From Mobula hypostoma (Eukaryota), in the NCBI RefSeq assembly GCF_963921235.1, contig NC_086108.1, forward strand, positions 69,814,001-69,878,000: a stretch of DNA of 64,000 nt, read 5' to 3'. The translations under genes and the position numbers were made by a program. The number at the start of each line of letters is the position of its first letter. Within the stretch, counting starts at the first letter, position 1. Shown piece after piece: positions 1-12,300 of the stretch. Under the pieces are notes generated by a model, which saw only the letters and a list, made by a program, of their open reading frames with translations, searched no databases and had not been told where the DNA came from.

Positions 1-853
1 TTTCTTTTATGTATAATTTGATTCAAAAACAATTAAACAAGGAATCCACAAGTCAAAACAAAAATGGGAAACAGATCTGAATATTAATATTGATGAAACA
101 AATTGGTCAAGACTGTGTCTTGACAGTATGACAAATACAATAAATGTACGACTTAGATTAGTACAATATAATTTTTTACACCAATTATATATTACACTGC
201 AAAAAATAAATAGATTAAATTCAAACTTATCTGATCAATGCTTTCGGTGTAATCAAGAAATTGGTACTTTCCTACATTCTATTTGGTCTTGTTCCAAAAT
301 TCAACCTTTTTGGATAAATTTAAGAGTTTTATTGTAACAAATTACTGGAACTCAACTTCCACATAACCCTATATTATTTCTATTAGGTGATATTGAAGGG
401 ATAAAACCGAAACTTAAACTGCATAAATAACAGAAAGAATTTATAAAAATTGCATTGGCAGTAGCCAAGAAGGCTATAGCAGTTACTTGGAAATTGGATT
501 CATATTGAAGTATGGATCGTTGGAATAATGAAATTTCTAGTTGTATTTCACTCGAAAAAATTACTTATAATTTAAGAGATAAATATGATACATTTTTGAA
601 TATTTGGCGCCCATATTTACAAAAGATAGGATGGCATATTTGCTCCGATGATAAAGATGTTGGTCCCTTGGGGAAAGTAATAAATAAATATACTAAATTT
701 ATTTTGAATCCCATGGAGCATGTGGAAACTTTCCAATATCCAGGCAGTCTTTCTTTCTTTTTTTTCAGGTAGGGGTATATATCGGGGGGGAGGGTAGATA
801 TTATCATTCTATGTAATCATTTCGAAAACTCAATAAAAATTATATAAAAAAAA
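1..853 (+). mobile_element. L1-clade LINE 3' end (ORF2 C-terminal Cys/His domain, 3' UTR, A-rich tail), decayed
   Basis: ORF 128..337 has CFRC...GTFLHSIWSC (CCHC-type motif of L1 ORF2 C-termini). In-frame stops are present; AATAAA and an A-run follow at ~832-853. Confidence 0.75.
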
Positions 854-904
854 CAATGGTAGAGGAGGCAATGATAAACCCTTCACCACCTTCAAAGAAA
901 CTAA

Positions 905-1601
905 ATAGCCCTTTCAGGTGAGGCAGGATTTCACTTGTACCTCCAAGAACATCTATTACATTCCAGTCACTAAGTGGTCCCTGACAGTAGAATAGGCAAT
1001 ATTTTTGTGGTACACAGAGAGTTAGTGATGATATGTCATTTCAACTTCCTTTCTCATTCCCACTCTGACCTCTCTGCCCTCTGCCTTTTCCACTGTCATA
1101 GTGAGGCCAAACATCTACCAGAAGAACAGTGCCTACTTTTCCACTTGGGAACCTTTAACCCAATGTATGGATGGTGGATTTTTCCATTTTCAGGTAACCC
1201 ACTCCAGCCCTCCCCCCACCCCACTTCCCCACTTCCACCAGTCCACCCAGAGCTTTCTCACTTTGTTCACCTTTTCTTCCTTTTTCCTCACTCCAAACTC
1301 ATTACATAGATGTGTCACCCTCCCCACCTTCCCAATTCCATCTGGCCATCTCTCCCTTATCTGGTTCTACTTATCTCTTCCTAGCCTTTGTCCACCATTC
1401 TTTCCTCCCTCCTCCTCTCACTTGTCTCCGTTATTACAATCCAAATGACTATGATCTCATCTATTTTCACCTATCACATAGCAGCTCCTGTATCATCCTC
1501 CCTTCTACGTTCTCAGTCCTAATGTAGTCTCAACCTGAAATGTCAACCATCCCTTTGCCTTCATGAATGGATGCTGCTTGACCCACTGAGTTCTTCCAGT
1601 A
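905..1601 (+). mobile_element. Penelope-like element fragment (GIY-YIG C-terminal region + pyrimidine-rich pseudo-LTR)
   Basis: HFNFLSHSHSDLSALCLFHCHSEA...EEQCLLFHLGTFNP resembles fish Penelope endonuclease ends. It is followed by a C/T-rich tract and a gatgctgcttgacccactgagttcttccag terminus. Confidence 0.65.
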
Positions 1602-1730
1602 CGCAAACACGAGGAAATCTGCAGATGCTGGAATTTCAAGCACACACATAAAGTTGCTGGTGAATGCAGCAGGCCAGGCAGCATCTCTAGGAAGAGGTAC
1701 AGTTGATGTTTCAGGCCGAGACCCTTCGTC
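1602..1730 (-). mobile_element. Short Penelope pseudo-LTR insertion flanked by 13-bp direct repeat AGTTCTTCCAGTA
   Basis: Identical 13-mers at 1589-1601 and 1731-1743; the insert matches sequence at 63941-64000 and, inverted, 32680-32795. Confidence 0.75.
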
Positions 1731-3331
1731 AGTTCTTCCAGTAGTTTATTTCCCACTGGGGATGAAGGGTAGAGGCAATAGCCATGGCAGTCAAGGAAGC
1801 TTGCAAAGGATATGAGTAGATAGTCTAACTTTTGAGATGAAGACACAGAGATCAAGAAAAGGAAGTAAAGAGTCAGCTGACATGAAGGTGAGGGCAGCCT
1901 AGAATCCATCAGGTTAGTTAAGAGTTTATAAAGCAGAAGGTGAAAGTTATAATAAAGGTGATTCCCACATTAAGACTGCACAATTATCTGAAATTCACCT
2001 TTACAGAATTTGCAAATTCACTACCCAAAAATTTCGGTGGGGGGGGGTGGGGAGACAAATAAATGAACACATTAAGTTTGTTTTTAACTTCTGTTTCTTG
2101 CTGCCTGCACAGATGATCTGGATTTACACTTAAGGAAAATCATAAAATGGCCCATTTTCATGGAATGCAGCTCCCTTGTAATGTGAGGATCACCTGTAGG
2201 CAGACAAGGCATTATTTTTCTATCCTTTGATTTTCTTTATTCTCTTTGTTATTTTCTTTTTTCCTTACTCATTGTGAGTATTTACTTGCCTTTGTTCTAA
2301 TAAAGATCCTCAAAAATGGAAATCCTAAATGTAGTGCTTGTGTGTATAGAATAAATTAAATTCTGTTTTCCTCGATGTTTTAAAATTTATTTTTATGCAA
2401 TCATCACAACCAAAAGTTGGTCTCAATTTGTGGATAATTTTGATAATGTTACTTTGAAATAAGTGCTAGTTGGAATAATGCCCTTGTTCTTGTATATTAA
2501 ATTTCTAGTTATTGAATATATGGAAGTAGTTCAAAAATTCAGAAAACATTTGAAGTGCTTTGTATCAGCTGAAAGATGACTTTTCTTTTCAACTGAATGA
2601 TTGCTGCAGTTAATATGGCAGTCTCTATAGACCAACAACATGATACTTAATGTTTTAAAAGGATTTCTAAAAGCCACCTGCAAGATCATCGAGCACTGCT
2701 TTCTATCCTGCCATCAGCCTCTGATCTCTATTGTGGATTCATTGTGGCAGCCTGTCTGGTTGTCTGCTTATATCTCCAGCTGCCTACTTGACTACCAGCC
2801 ATTTGCTTTAGCTATTTCTCTTCTTCAACTTGCACTATCAAAGCTTAAGTTTCAGCCATTCTATCCACTCATTGGCAATAGGGTGCATTAAACATTTCAA
2901 AAGGTTTTATAATTCAGAAAGATATAGATTTCTAATAGGGAAGAAACATAGAACATCAAAAAACAAAGCAGAAGAATACATGACCAGAAACAAAAATAAT
3001 TCCTTTATAACTTTAGCTTAGATAGTAAAAGGTATCTTATTGCTGATATTCTATTGAGTTTAGATTTATTATGTATGTTAATACAGTTTATTTTATTTTT
3101 CTTTGGTCAAAAACAGAAAATGTACTTATCGTATAAACACACTGAATTATTTAACTTGGATTTGCATGCAAATTTAGTTTTAACAGTGCCAAATGTTTAA
3201 AAAATGCTCAAGAGTTTTGCAGTAGAAGTTATTAATATCTGGTCAATGTTGAAGTAACTTGAATAAAGATTTGCGCTACCCCTGTGTTGATTACTTCTGT
3301 TGGAATGGCTTTTTCTTTCCACACTTTCCAG

Positions 3332-3379
3332 TTGTTTGATGAAAAAGTCAAGACTTGCAATGATGATGAACAGAGAAGG
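3332..3379 (+). CDS. OSBPL9: OSBPL9 exon ([16 protein letters not shown])
   Basis: ttccag acceptor, gtaagt donor, 48 nt, phase 0-0; resembles the ORP9 linker LFDDKLQNCKEDEQRK. Confidence 0.88.
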
Positions 3380-6300
3380 GTAAGTTTTCATCTATCTGTG
3401 ACTTGTAACTTTACTGAATGATTTGCAAATTAGCAATAATTTGATGTTGAAAATGATTTTTTTTTTAAATCAAGAAATATACAGTACCCTCCGTCAGATA
3501 ATCATTTTCAGGCTAATTATCTTAATCTGATATGTTAATGAGAAATTGAATACTGTCAGCCAAATTGGGATGGAGAAATACTCAGCAAGTCAGCAGCTTC
3601 AGGAAGGGGAATATTTTTATGACAGGTTTGGTCAGTTACTTGTCTGCATTTTTCAAAGGTGCATTTTATTATTAAAGTATGGATGCAGTGTTACAACTCT
3701 GATATTTGTCTTCTCCAGATAGCCATGAAACAAAGAAAGTTGTTGAAAGAAAGAAAGACATCACCCCCCACACACAAAAAAAGAAACCAAAACTTGCAAA
3801 CCCCCAACTCCCTCTCTCACACAGAAAAAACTAACAGATCACCCACATGATAAACCAGCAACAAGAACATCAAACCCCAAACCCCCTACCCCCTTGCTCG
3901 CACAAAAGTGTTCAGATTACCCATCCAGAAAGTGGAAGCTAGAACATCGAACCCCAAACCCCCAGCCTCCAACTGCTACTCTCATACAGAAAAAACTTAA
4001 CAGATTGCCCCCATGGAAATATGGCAAACTCCAAGCCCCTAACCTCCTCCCTCGCACAAAATTTAAATTTTTTTCTGAAGGTTAAATATTTGAGCAATGT
4101 GATGGATGTAAAAGCAAGTTCATCATCTTAATTTTTATTCCCATAAAACATAAGTAAATTATTTTTAAAAAGAGTATTAAATATAACCTAATTGTTTGGC
4201 CATTTTTGCCTTTCCTGTTCTGTCATTATTTGACTGACTTCTGGATTATTGTTTCCAAAGATACAAAGTTCTCATAAAGTTGTTTCATTTGAGACCAGCA
4301 GGTCCAGCACGCCTTAGGGATCTGACTCATCCTTATTTGTGTTGTGCGCCAAATCCTTATGCGAATGTGCTTTCCAAAACTTACCAAGATTTATGATGGA
4401 ATCTGTATAGCATATGTAGACCTTTTCATTGCAGGTGTGCTATAAAGCACTGAAATAAAAAGCAATATTTTTAATTAATTAAACATTCTATTTCTGCATC
4501 TGACAGCTTGAAAATTGTCACTGTAAATAGTACATATAAATTAGCGTCCATTGACTGTGGTGAAACACCTTTTATTTAAAAAAAATTTACTGGTAGGAGT
4601 TCAAAAGCATATTCTCTATGTGGGTATGTAGAAATGTTAGAAGTTTTCTTAAACTACTCCAATGTTTGTTTTGGATTCCCTGCAATAACTTTACTTTCAT
4701 ATCACAGCAGCAGCAGTTGCAATTAATTAATGACTGCTTGAGGAGGTGTTTCTTTGAAATGTTCAATTATTTTTGATTTTATTAACACCAATCATGCCTT
4801 CAACCAAATGCTCATTTCCTCACCAATACAGCATAGTGGCACAGCTGTCTCAACTTATGAGCTATTCAGCCCTTAACTCTGTTTCTGTTTTTGCGAATTT
4901 TTGCTCTTCTGGAAGTCATTTTTCCTCTCGGTTCATTTGGAGTTCTGCTGTCTGCAGTGAATTCATTCAACCATTAGTCCTATAGCTATTGACTTACACT
5001 GCCAGTTCTGGGAAAGCAGTTTTCTAAAATATCACTTTCGAACCTTCCTAGCCTTCTAAGATTCTTGTACTCCAATCTTGGCATCACTTGGTAGCCTCCA
5101 ACCTTGATAGCGTGAACATTGATGTCTCCAGCTTCTGGTAATGTCTCCCTCTTTCCCCCTTCTTTCCTTTTCCCTTCCCTATTCTGACTCTGATTTTACC
5201 CCTTCTCTTATCATCATCTGCCTATCAATTCCCTCTGGTACGCCTCTTCCTTCCTTTTCTCCCACAGTCCACTCTTCTCTTTCAAATTTCTCCTTCTCCA
5301 GTTTTTTTTTACTTCCTTCCAGTCCTCATGAAGGGTCTGGGCCCAAGACATCGACTCTTCATTTCTCTCACCAATAATGATCAGTTAGGCAGAGATAGAA
5401 TCTGTATTTACTGTCAAGTTCCTTTATTGGCTCAGTTCACATGTATGTGAATTTTTACAACCGAATACCTGTGTTTTACATCTGCTAAATTTCCCTGACT
5501 CTCCATGAGCAGTCAAAAAGCATCTGCACTGGTCAGGTATTCCTTGTGGCCCTGAGGTAATCTCCTCATGCCCGATGTGAGGTCCTCCAAATCTGCATTC
5601 GTTGGTCTCTGGAGAGTTGTCTCTGCCTGAGCTCCCAAATTGTCTATTTTTATACTTTTCCTTATCGAATCAATCTATGACTCTTAATCTCATTGGCTCA
5701 AAGTAATCTGGCTGACCTGTGTTAGATTCTCATTGGGTATACCCCAGGGCTACAAGCAGTATTATTTTATGGCCTTCACCTTCAGCTTCATGCTTTGGGT
5801 GACTCCTTTTGGTCTGTTCAACTCTGGTTTAAACCAGTCAAATCAGGTCACCCAGGCACTGGGCCCAGATGAAGAGATTACTTCTGTGAACCTGCCATTT
5901 TGCACAGTAAACAGCTTCTTATCTTAGAATGATCTCAGGTGTAGCAGATCATTAACAGAACCTCCTTGTGTCCACATTCAGTTGCTCTGATTAAGTTATA
6001 CCAGAGCAAAAATCAGTTGATCAGTCATAAAATGGCAGCTGCAAGGACAGTAACACAAAGTGACCACCTCCATTGCTGTTCACTGATTATTGTTTTTTTC
6101 TGGCTAACACTATCTTATGTATTTATATTGATTGTACCTTTTTTATTATTGTGTTCATTATCTTAGTTTGCTTTTTTTATATGCTGCATTGCATCCAGAA
6201 TAACAATTATTTCATTCTCCTTTGCACTTGTGTACTGGAAATGACGTTAAACAGTCTTGAATCTTGAAGAGTTAGGTTTGATGAGAAAGGTCAATACACT

Positions 6301-9300
6301 CATGGATATAAAAAGGATATAGGGTGAATAGGAAAGTTCTTCTGGGCTAAGAGATTAGCAATGAGCTTACTGTATGGTGAAGCAGGTATCAGGGCCTGGC
6401 TGGCTTGATCCTGTTTTGATTTCTTATGTTCTTTCATCAGTGTATACTGCAGATAGATTATCTACAATTAAACAAAACAATCATCACCCTCTATCAAGCC
6501 AGCACAATCATTATTTGCTTAATTTGGTTCTTTTTTGTCTCTATCCTATCACTAAATTCCTTTTCTTCTCTCAACAGCTGCTCATTCTCTGTAACCAACA
6601 GCATGTTTTTCTTCTAACTTTTCTTTGTTCTAAAGAAGGTCATCAATTCAAAATGTTACCTGTTTCTCTCAAGAGAGATATGGCCTACTTGAGACTCCAG
6701 CATTTTCTGTTTTTCAACATCAGCAGTTTGTTGCTTTTTGAAAAACTGAGAGGTTTTTTTGCCTTGTGGGGAGGATCTGTAATAGTGGAGCACAGTATCA
6801 GAAATGTGTGTGCAGAGTTTTCTTTCCACTGAGGTTCATAAATCTTGAGAATTTTCACTCCCATAGAGCCCTAGTGGCTGAATCATTGTTTATCTTTAAG
6901 GCCAATGAAGGCAGATATTTAATCTACAGGGGAGTCAAAGGTTATTGAAGCTGCTAGGAAGATGGAGCTAAAGCCAAGACCTTGTTGAATGGCAGAGCAG
7001 GTGTGAAGGACCATGAGTCTTCTTGTGTTTCACCTTTGGCAGCTATGCTAACAAAATCTTCAGCTCTGATATTTGGAATTTCCTTTTATGAAGCCCTTTC
7101 TCTTCCTCCTTCTCCCTACTTACTTAAGATGGTCATCTGTCCTCCTGTAATTGTCTTTGGCTACGTGTTAAAAGAGATTAATATTCAAATTTTCAACCTC
7201 TCACTGCTACGGGCGGAAGTTCCCACTTGCTTCAAAAAGGCAACAATTATGCTAATACCTAAGAAGAATAATGTGAGCTGCCCAAACGACTAATGCCCAA
7301 TAGCACTCACATCAACAGTGATGAAATGCTTTGAGAGATTGGTCATGACTTTACTGAACTCCTGCAAGGACCTGGACCCATTGCAATTTGCCTAGCGCCA
7401 CAATAGGTCAACGGCAGATGCAATCTCAATGGCTCTCCACATTGCTTTAGACCACCTGGACAACATAAGCACCTATGTCAGGATGCTGTTCATTGACTAT
7501 AGCTCTGCATTTAATACCATTATTCCCACAATCCTGATTGAGAAGTTGCAGAACCTGGGCCTCTGTACCTCCCTCTGCAATTGAATCTTCGACTTCCTAA
7601 CTGGAAGACCACAAACTGTGCGGATTGGTGATAACATATCCTCCTCGCTGACAATCAACACTGGCACACCTCATAGGGTGTGTGTTTAGCCCACTGCTCT
7701 ACTCTGTATATACACATGACTGTGGCCAGGCAGAGCTCAAATGCCATCTATAAATTTGCTGATGATACAGCCATTGTTGGTAGAATCTCAGGTGGTGATG
7801 AGAGGTCGTACAGGAGTGAGATATGCCAACTAGTGGAGTGTTGCCACAGCAACAACTTGGCACTCAACGACAGTAAGACAAAAGAGCTGATTGTAGGCTT
7901 CAGGAAGGGTAAGATGAAGGAACACATACCAATCCTCATAGAGGGATCAGAAGTGGAGAGAGTGAGCAGCTTCAAGTTCCTGGGTGTCAAGATCTCTGAG
8001 GATCTAACCTAGACCCAACATATCGATCTAGTTATAAAGAAAGCAAGACAGAAGCTATACTTCATTGGGAGTTTGAGGAGATTTGGCATGTTAACAAATA
8101 CACTCCAAAACTTCTGTGGATGTACCATGGAGAGCATTCTGACAGGCCGCATCACTGTCTGGTATGGGGGGCCTGCACAGGACTGAAAGAAGCTGCAAAA
8201 GGTTGTAGATCTAGTCAGCTCCATCTTGGGTACTAGCCTCATCTTCAGGGAGCGATGTCTCAGAAAGGCAGCATCCATTATTAAGGACCTCCAGCACCCA
8301 GGGCATGCCCTTTTCTCACTGTTACCATCAGGTAGGAGGTGAAGGCACACACTCAGTGATTCAGGAACAGCTTCTTCCCCTCTGCCATCCAATTCCTAAA
8401 TGGACATCGAACCCTTGGACACTACCTCACTTTTTTTAATATACAGTATTTCTGATTTTGCATGTTTTTAATCTATTCAATATATATATATATTGTAATT
8501 GATTTACTTTATTATTATGATTTAATATTTTTCTCTTCTATATTATGTATTGCATTGAACTGCTGCTGCTAAGTTAACAAATTTCACAAAACATGCTGGT
8601 GATAATAAATCTGATTCTGATTTCAAAGTAAATTTATTATCAAAGGACACTATATACAACCCTGAAATTCATTTCCTGAAACTCAATAAATCCATAATAA
8701 AGATGGCACCAACTTGGGCATTCCAGCAGTGTGTAAAAGATAGCAAACTGTGCAAATACAAAAAGAAAGAAAGTAGTAATAATAAATAAACAATAAATAT
8801 CAGGAACATGATATAAAGGGTCCTTGGAGATGAGTTCATAGGTTGTGGGAATATCTCAATGATGGGGCAAGTGAAGATGAGTGAAGTTAACCCCTTTAGT
8901 TCAAGAGCCTGATGGTTGAGGGATAATAACGGTTCCTGAACTTGGTGGTGTGAATCCTGAGGTTCCTGTACCACCTTCTTGATAGCAGCAGCAAGAAGAG
9001 AGCACGTTCTGTGCCGTGGAGTTCCCTGACGATGTTGCTGCTTTCCTGCGATAACGCTTTGTGTAAATGTGCTCAATGGTTGGGAGGGCTTTACCCATGA
9101 ATCTGTGGGCCATATCCGCTGCTGTGCTTTCTTCGTAATTTCACTTGCATGCTGGACCCAGGGTAGGTCCACTGAAATAACACCGAGGAATTGGAAGTTG
9201 CTGACCTTCTCCGTCTCTGATCCTCCAATGAGGATTGGCTCATGGACCTCTAGTGTTCTTCTCCTGAAGTCTGTTATCAGCTTCTTGGTCTTGTTGATAT

Positions 9301-12300
9301 TAAGTAAGAGATTGTTGTTATTTCACTACACAGCCAGATTTTCAGTCTCCCTCTTGTATACTGATTTGTCACCACCTTTGCTTCTGCCTACGACAGTAGT
9401 GTCAACAGCAAATATGAATGTTGCAATAGAGCTTTGCTTAGCCAAACAGTCATAAATGTAAAGCAACTAGAACAGGGGGTGAAGCATACAGTTTTGTGGT
9501 GCATCTGTGCTAATGGAGATCCTGGAGGAGGATCCAGTTGCACACAGAAGTATTGAGACAAAGATCTTGAAGCTTATTGGTTAGTTTTGATGGAATGATG
9601 GTATTGAATGCTGAGCTGTAGTTGATAAAGAGCATATTGATGTATGCAGTACTCAGATAGTAATTTGCATATTGTGTATGCCTGGATCATTGCAGATCAA
9701 TAACAGTGATACTTATAAGCTTACAAAAGCACATACTCATTCAATTTTGTATGTGTTGTACTTGGGATGAAAAATTTTTGGACCAAGGTGAGCAGTTATA
9801 AATCACCCTCTAATTTAAACTTTGTGTAGGGCTACTGCCACGGACCGCTGATAAAATTGGTAGAATTGTGTGATCTACATAACAGGAGCCACTCAAGCTG
9901 CTGATAGGGTTTCATTGCTGAACCATTGATAGATTATGTTCTAAAGCTATTGCTTATGTCCTTTTCCATGGTTTTCCTGATAGAGAAGTACTGTTGTGTT
10001 ACTGATAAATCTTGAGTTATTTCATATAACAAGTAGTGAAAAATTCAATTTTAACTACTCTTCGCTTTGGATTTAATAGTTCAAGCTATTGCTTGTTCAT
10101 TTTTTTGTATTTGAGATTAATTTAAACCATTTTACCATAATGTTTTGTTATTGGGAAATTTTTAAGGGAACTTGTTTGCTATATATTTTCCAGAAAATTG
10201 AAAATCTCAAGGAAGTAACAAATGTAAGTTTCTCTGTGATTTTTATTGACTCATTGACTAATCAAAGTTAACTAAGTACAGTTAAGTGTTGGATTAAACT
10301 GTGAAAAATACTTTTGATCATTGCCAATGGTGCATTTTTTTATTTTTGCAGAACATGGTTGAATCTATTAAACACTGTATAGTGTTGCTGCAGATTGCCA
10401 AGGTAAGATGGCAGCCAACGTCATTAACTAACTTTTGTACTTAGCTTTCTTACATCTAGTTGAGTGTATCAAATAGTTTTCAATACTGTATTTTAGTAGA
10501 ACAGTTCTACTATATTATTTGTCAAATGAAAATCTGGGCAACTAGCAAGTATTTGTTCAGCAATGGGTCATTTTTTTGCATGATTACCATGCACTTTCAG
10601 AATCATTTGTTCAGCAAGATAACATCAAACTATATATGACTTGTAATCTTATGGGTATTGTTTATATAAAGAAAATTATAAGTTGTTTAGTTTATGCTGG
10701 CGCCTACAAGATTAATTTCCCTTGCATGCTTCAGTTCCCTTTAAAATCCCATAGTCATGTTGGTAACAGCTAACTTAGCATTGGATAAAGGCAAATTAAT
10801 GAGAGTGGATGACTATATATGATGCACAATTAAGTACAGGGATATAAGGAAATAAGGAAAGGGGGATGGAGCTAATGTGATTGCTTTTCTGGCAATTGGA
10901 ATGGAACAGATAGGTAGGATAATTTCTTATGTCATTCTAAGTATAATAAGTAATTTAATATTGTTTAATTCCCTTGTTTGATAAGTAATCTCTCTATGTT
11001 ACTCTACTTGCTTTGCTCTGTCCTTCATGTTGTATAATTCAAACTTAATTTCTTTTTTTTTGGAATTGATCTGTAATTGACACCATACAATTGTGCCTAG
11101 CTTTGACTATGAATTCCACGATATATTTCTGAGGACAAAGCTAGAATAATCAACATGTGAATTCTGTAAATTTTAAACTGATTTATCTGAATGACATTGG
11201 TGTTGAGGTTTTTTCTATTTCATTAAATTGTCAAACTCTGTGAAGGAAGTTGTCATCTCATGCAGCATTATGCCTATTCATTTCTTTCATAGATTGAGGT
11301 GATTAGAAATTATGTGGTGGAGACATTTCCAAGATGCACTATCCAATCAGTGAAGTTGCACTTCTAATTTCTTTCATGCAAATAGCTGCATTTTCTATTT
11401 TTGTTCTTATTAAATAGCATCTTGTTCACTTGAACTGCCAATTCCTTCCACCAGATGTATAACTGCAAGAAAAAGTTTGTGAACTCTTTGCAATTACCTG
11501 GGGTTTTCTGCATTAATTACTCATGAAATGTGGTCTGATCTTCATCGAAGTCCCAATAATAGACAAACCCAATCTTCCTAAACTAATCACACACATTTCA
11601 TGTCTTTATTGAACACATTGTTTAATCATTCACTGTCTGGGCTGGAAAGAAAGTATTTAAACCCCTGTGTTTAGTAACTGGTAGAATCTCCTTTAGCAGC
11701 AATAACCTCCACCAAACATTTCCTGTAGCTGCTGATCAGACTTGCTCAATGGCGAGGAAGAATTTTAGAACATTACTCCATACAAACCTGTTTCAGTTCA
11801 TCAGTATTTCTGGGATACCTTGCATGAACAGCCCTCTTTAGGTCATGCCACAACATTTCAATTGGGTTAAGGTCTGGATTCTGACTTGGCCATTCCAAAA
11901 CACAACTTTCTTCTTTTTAAACCATTCTGTTGTTGATTTATTCTTGTATCATTGACTTGTTGCATCACCCAACTTCTATTAAGTTTAAGGTGACTGACCG
12001 CTACCCTGGCACTCTCATCTAAAATGTCTTGATACAATTTTGAATATATCATTCCCTCAGTAATAGCAAGCTGTCCAGGCCCTGAGGCAGCAAAGCAACC
12101 CCAAACCATGATGCTCCTTCCGCCATGTTTCACAGTTGGGTTGAGGTTTTGTGCCCTTTCTTCCTCCAAGCATAGCAGTGTGCATTTCTGCCAAAAAGTT
12201 CAACATTTGTACCACAAGACATAGGAGCAGAATTAGGCCATTTGGCCCATCAAGTCTGCTCTGAAATTCAATCATTACTGATTTTTTTTTCTTTACCTCC

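Noticed and set aside
826..853. Sense-strand AATAAA/A-run as the 3' end of a gene
   Set aside because: It is the tail of an L1-type element inside an OSBPL9 intron; there is no evidence that it is used.
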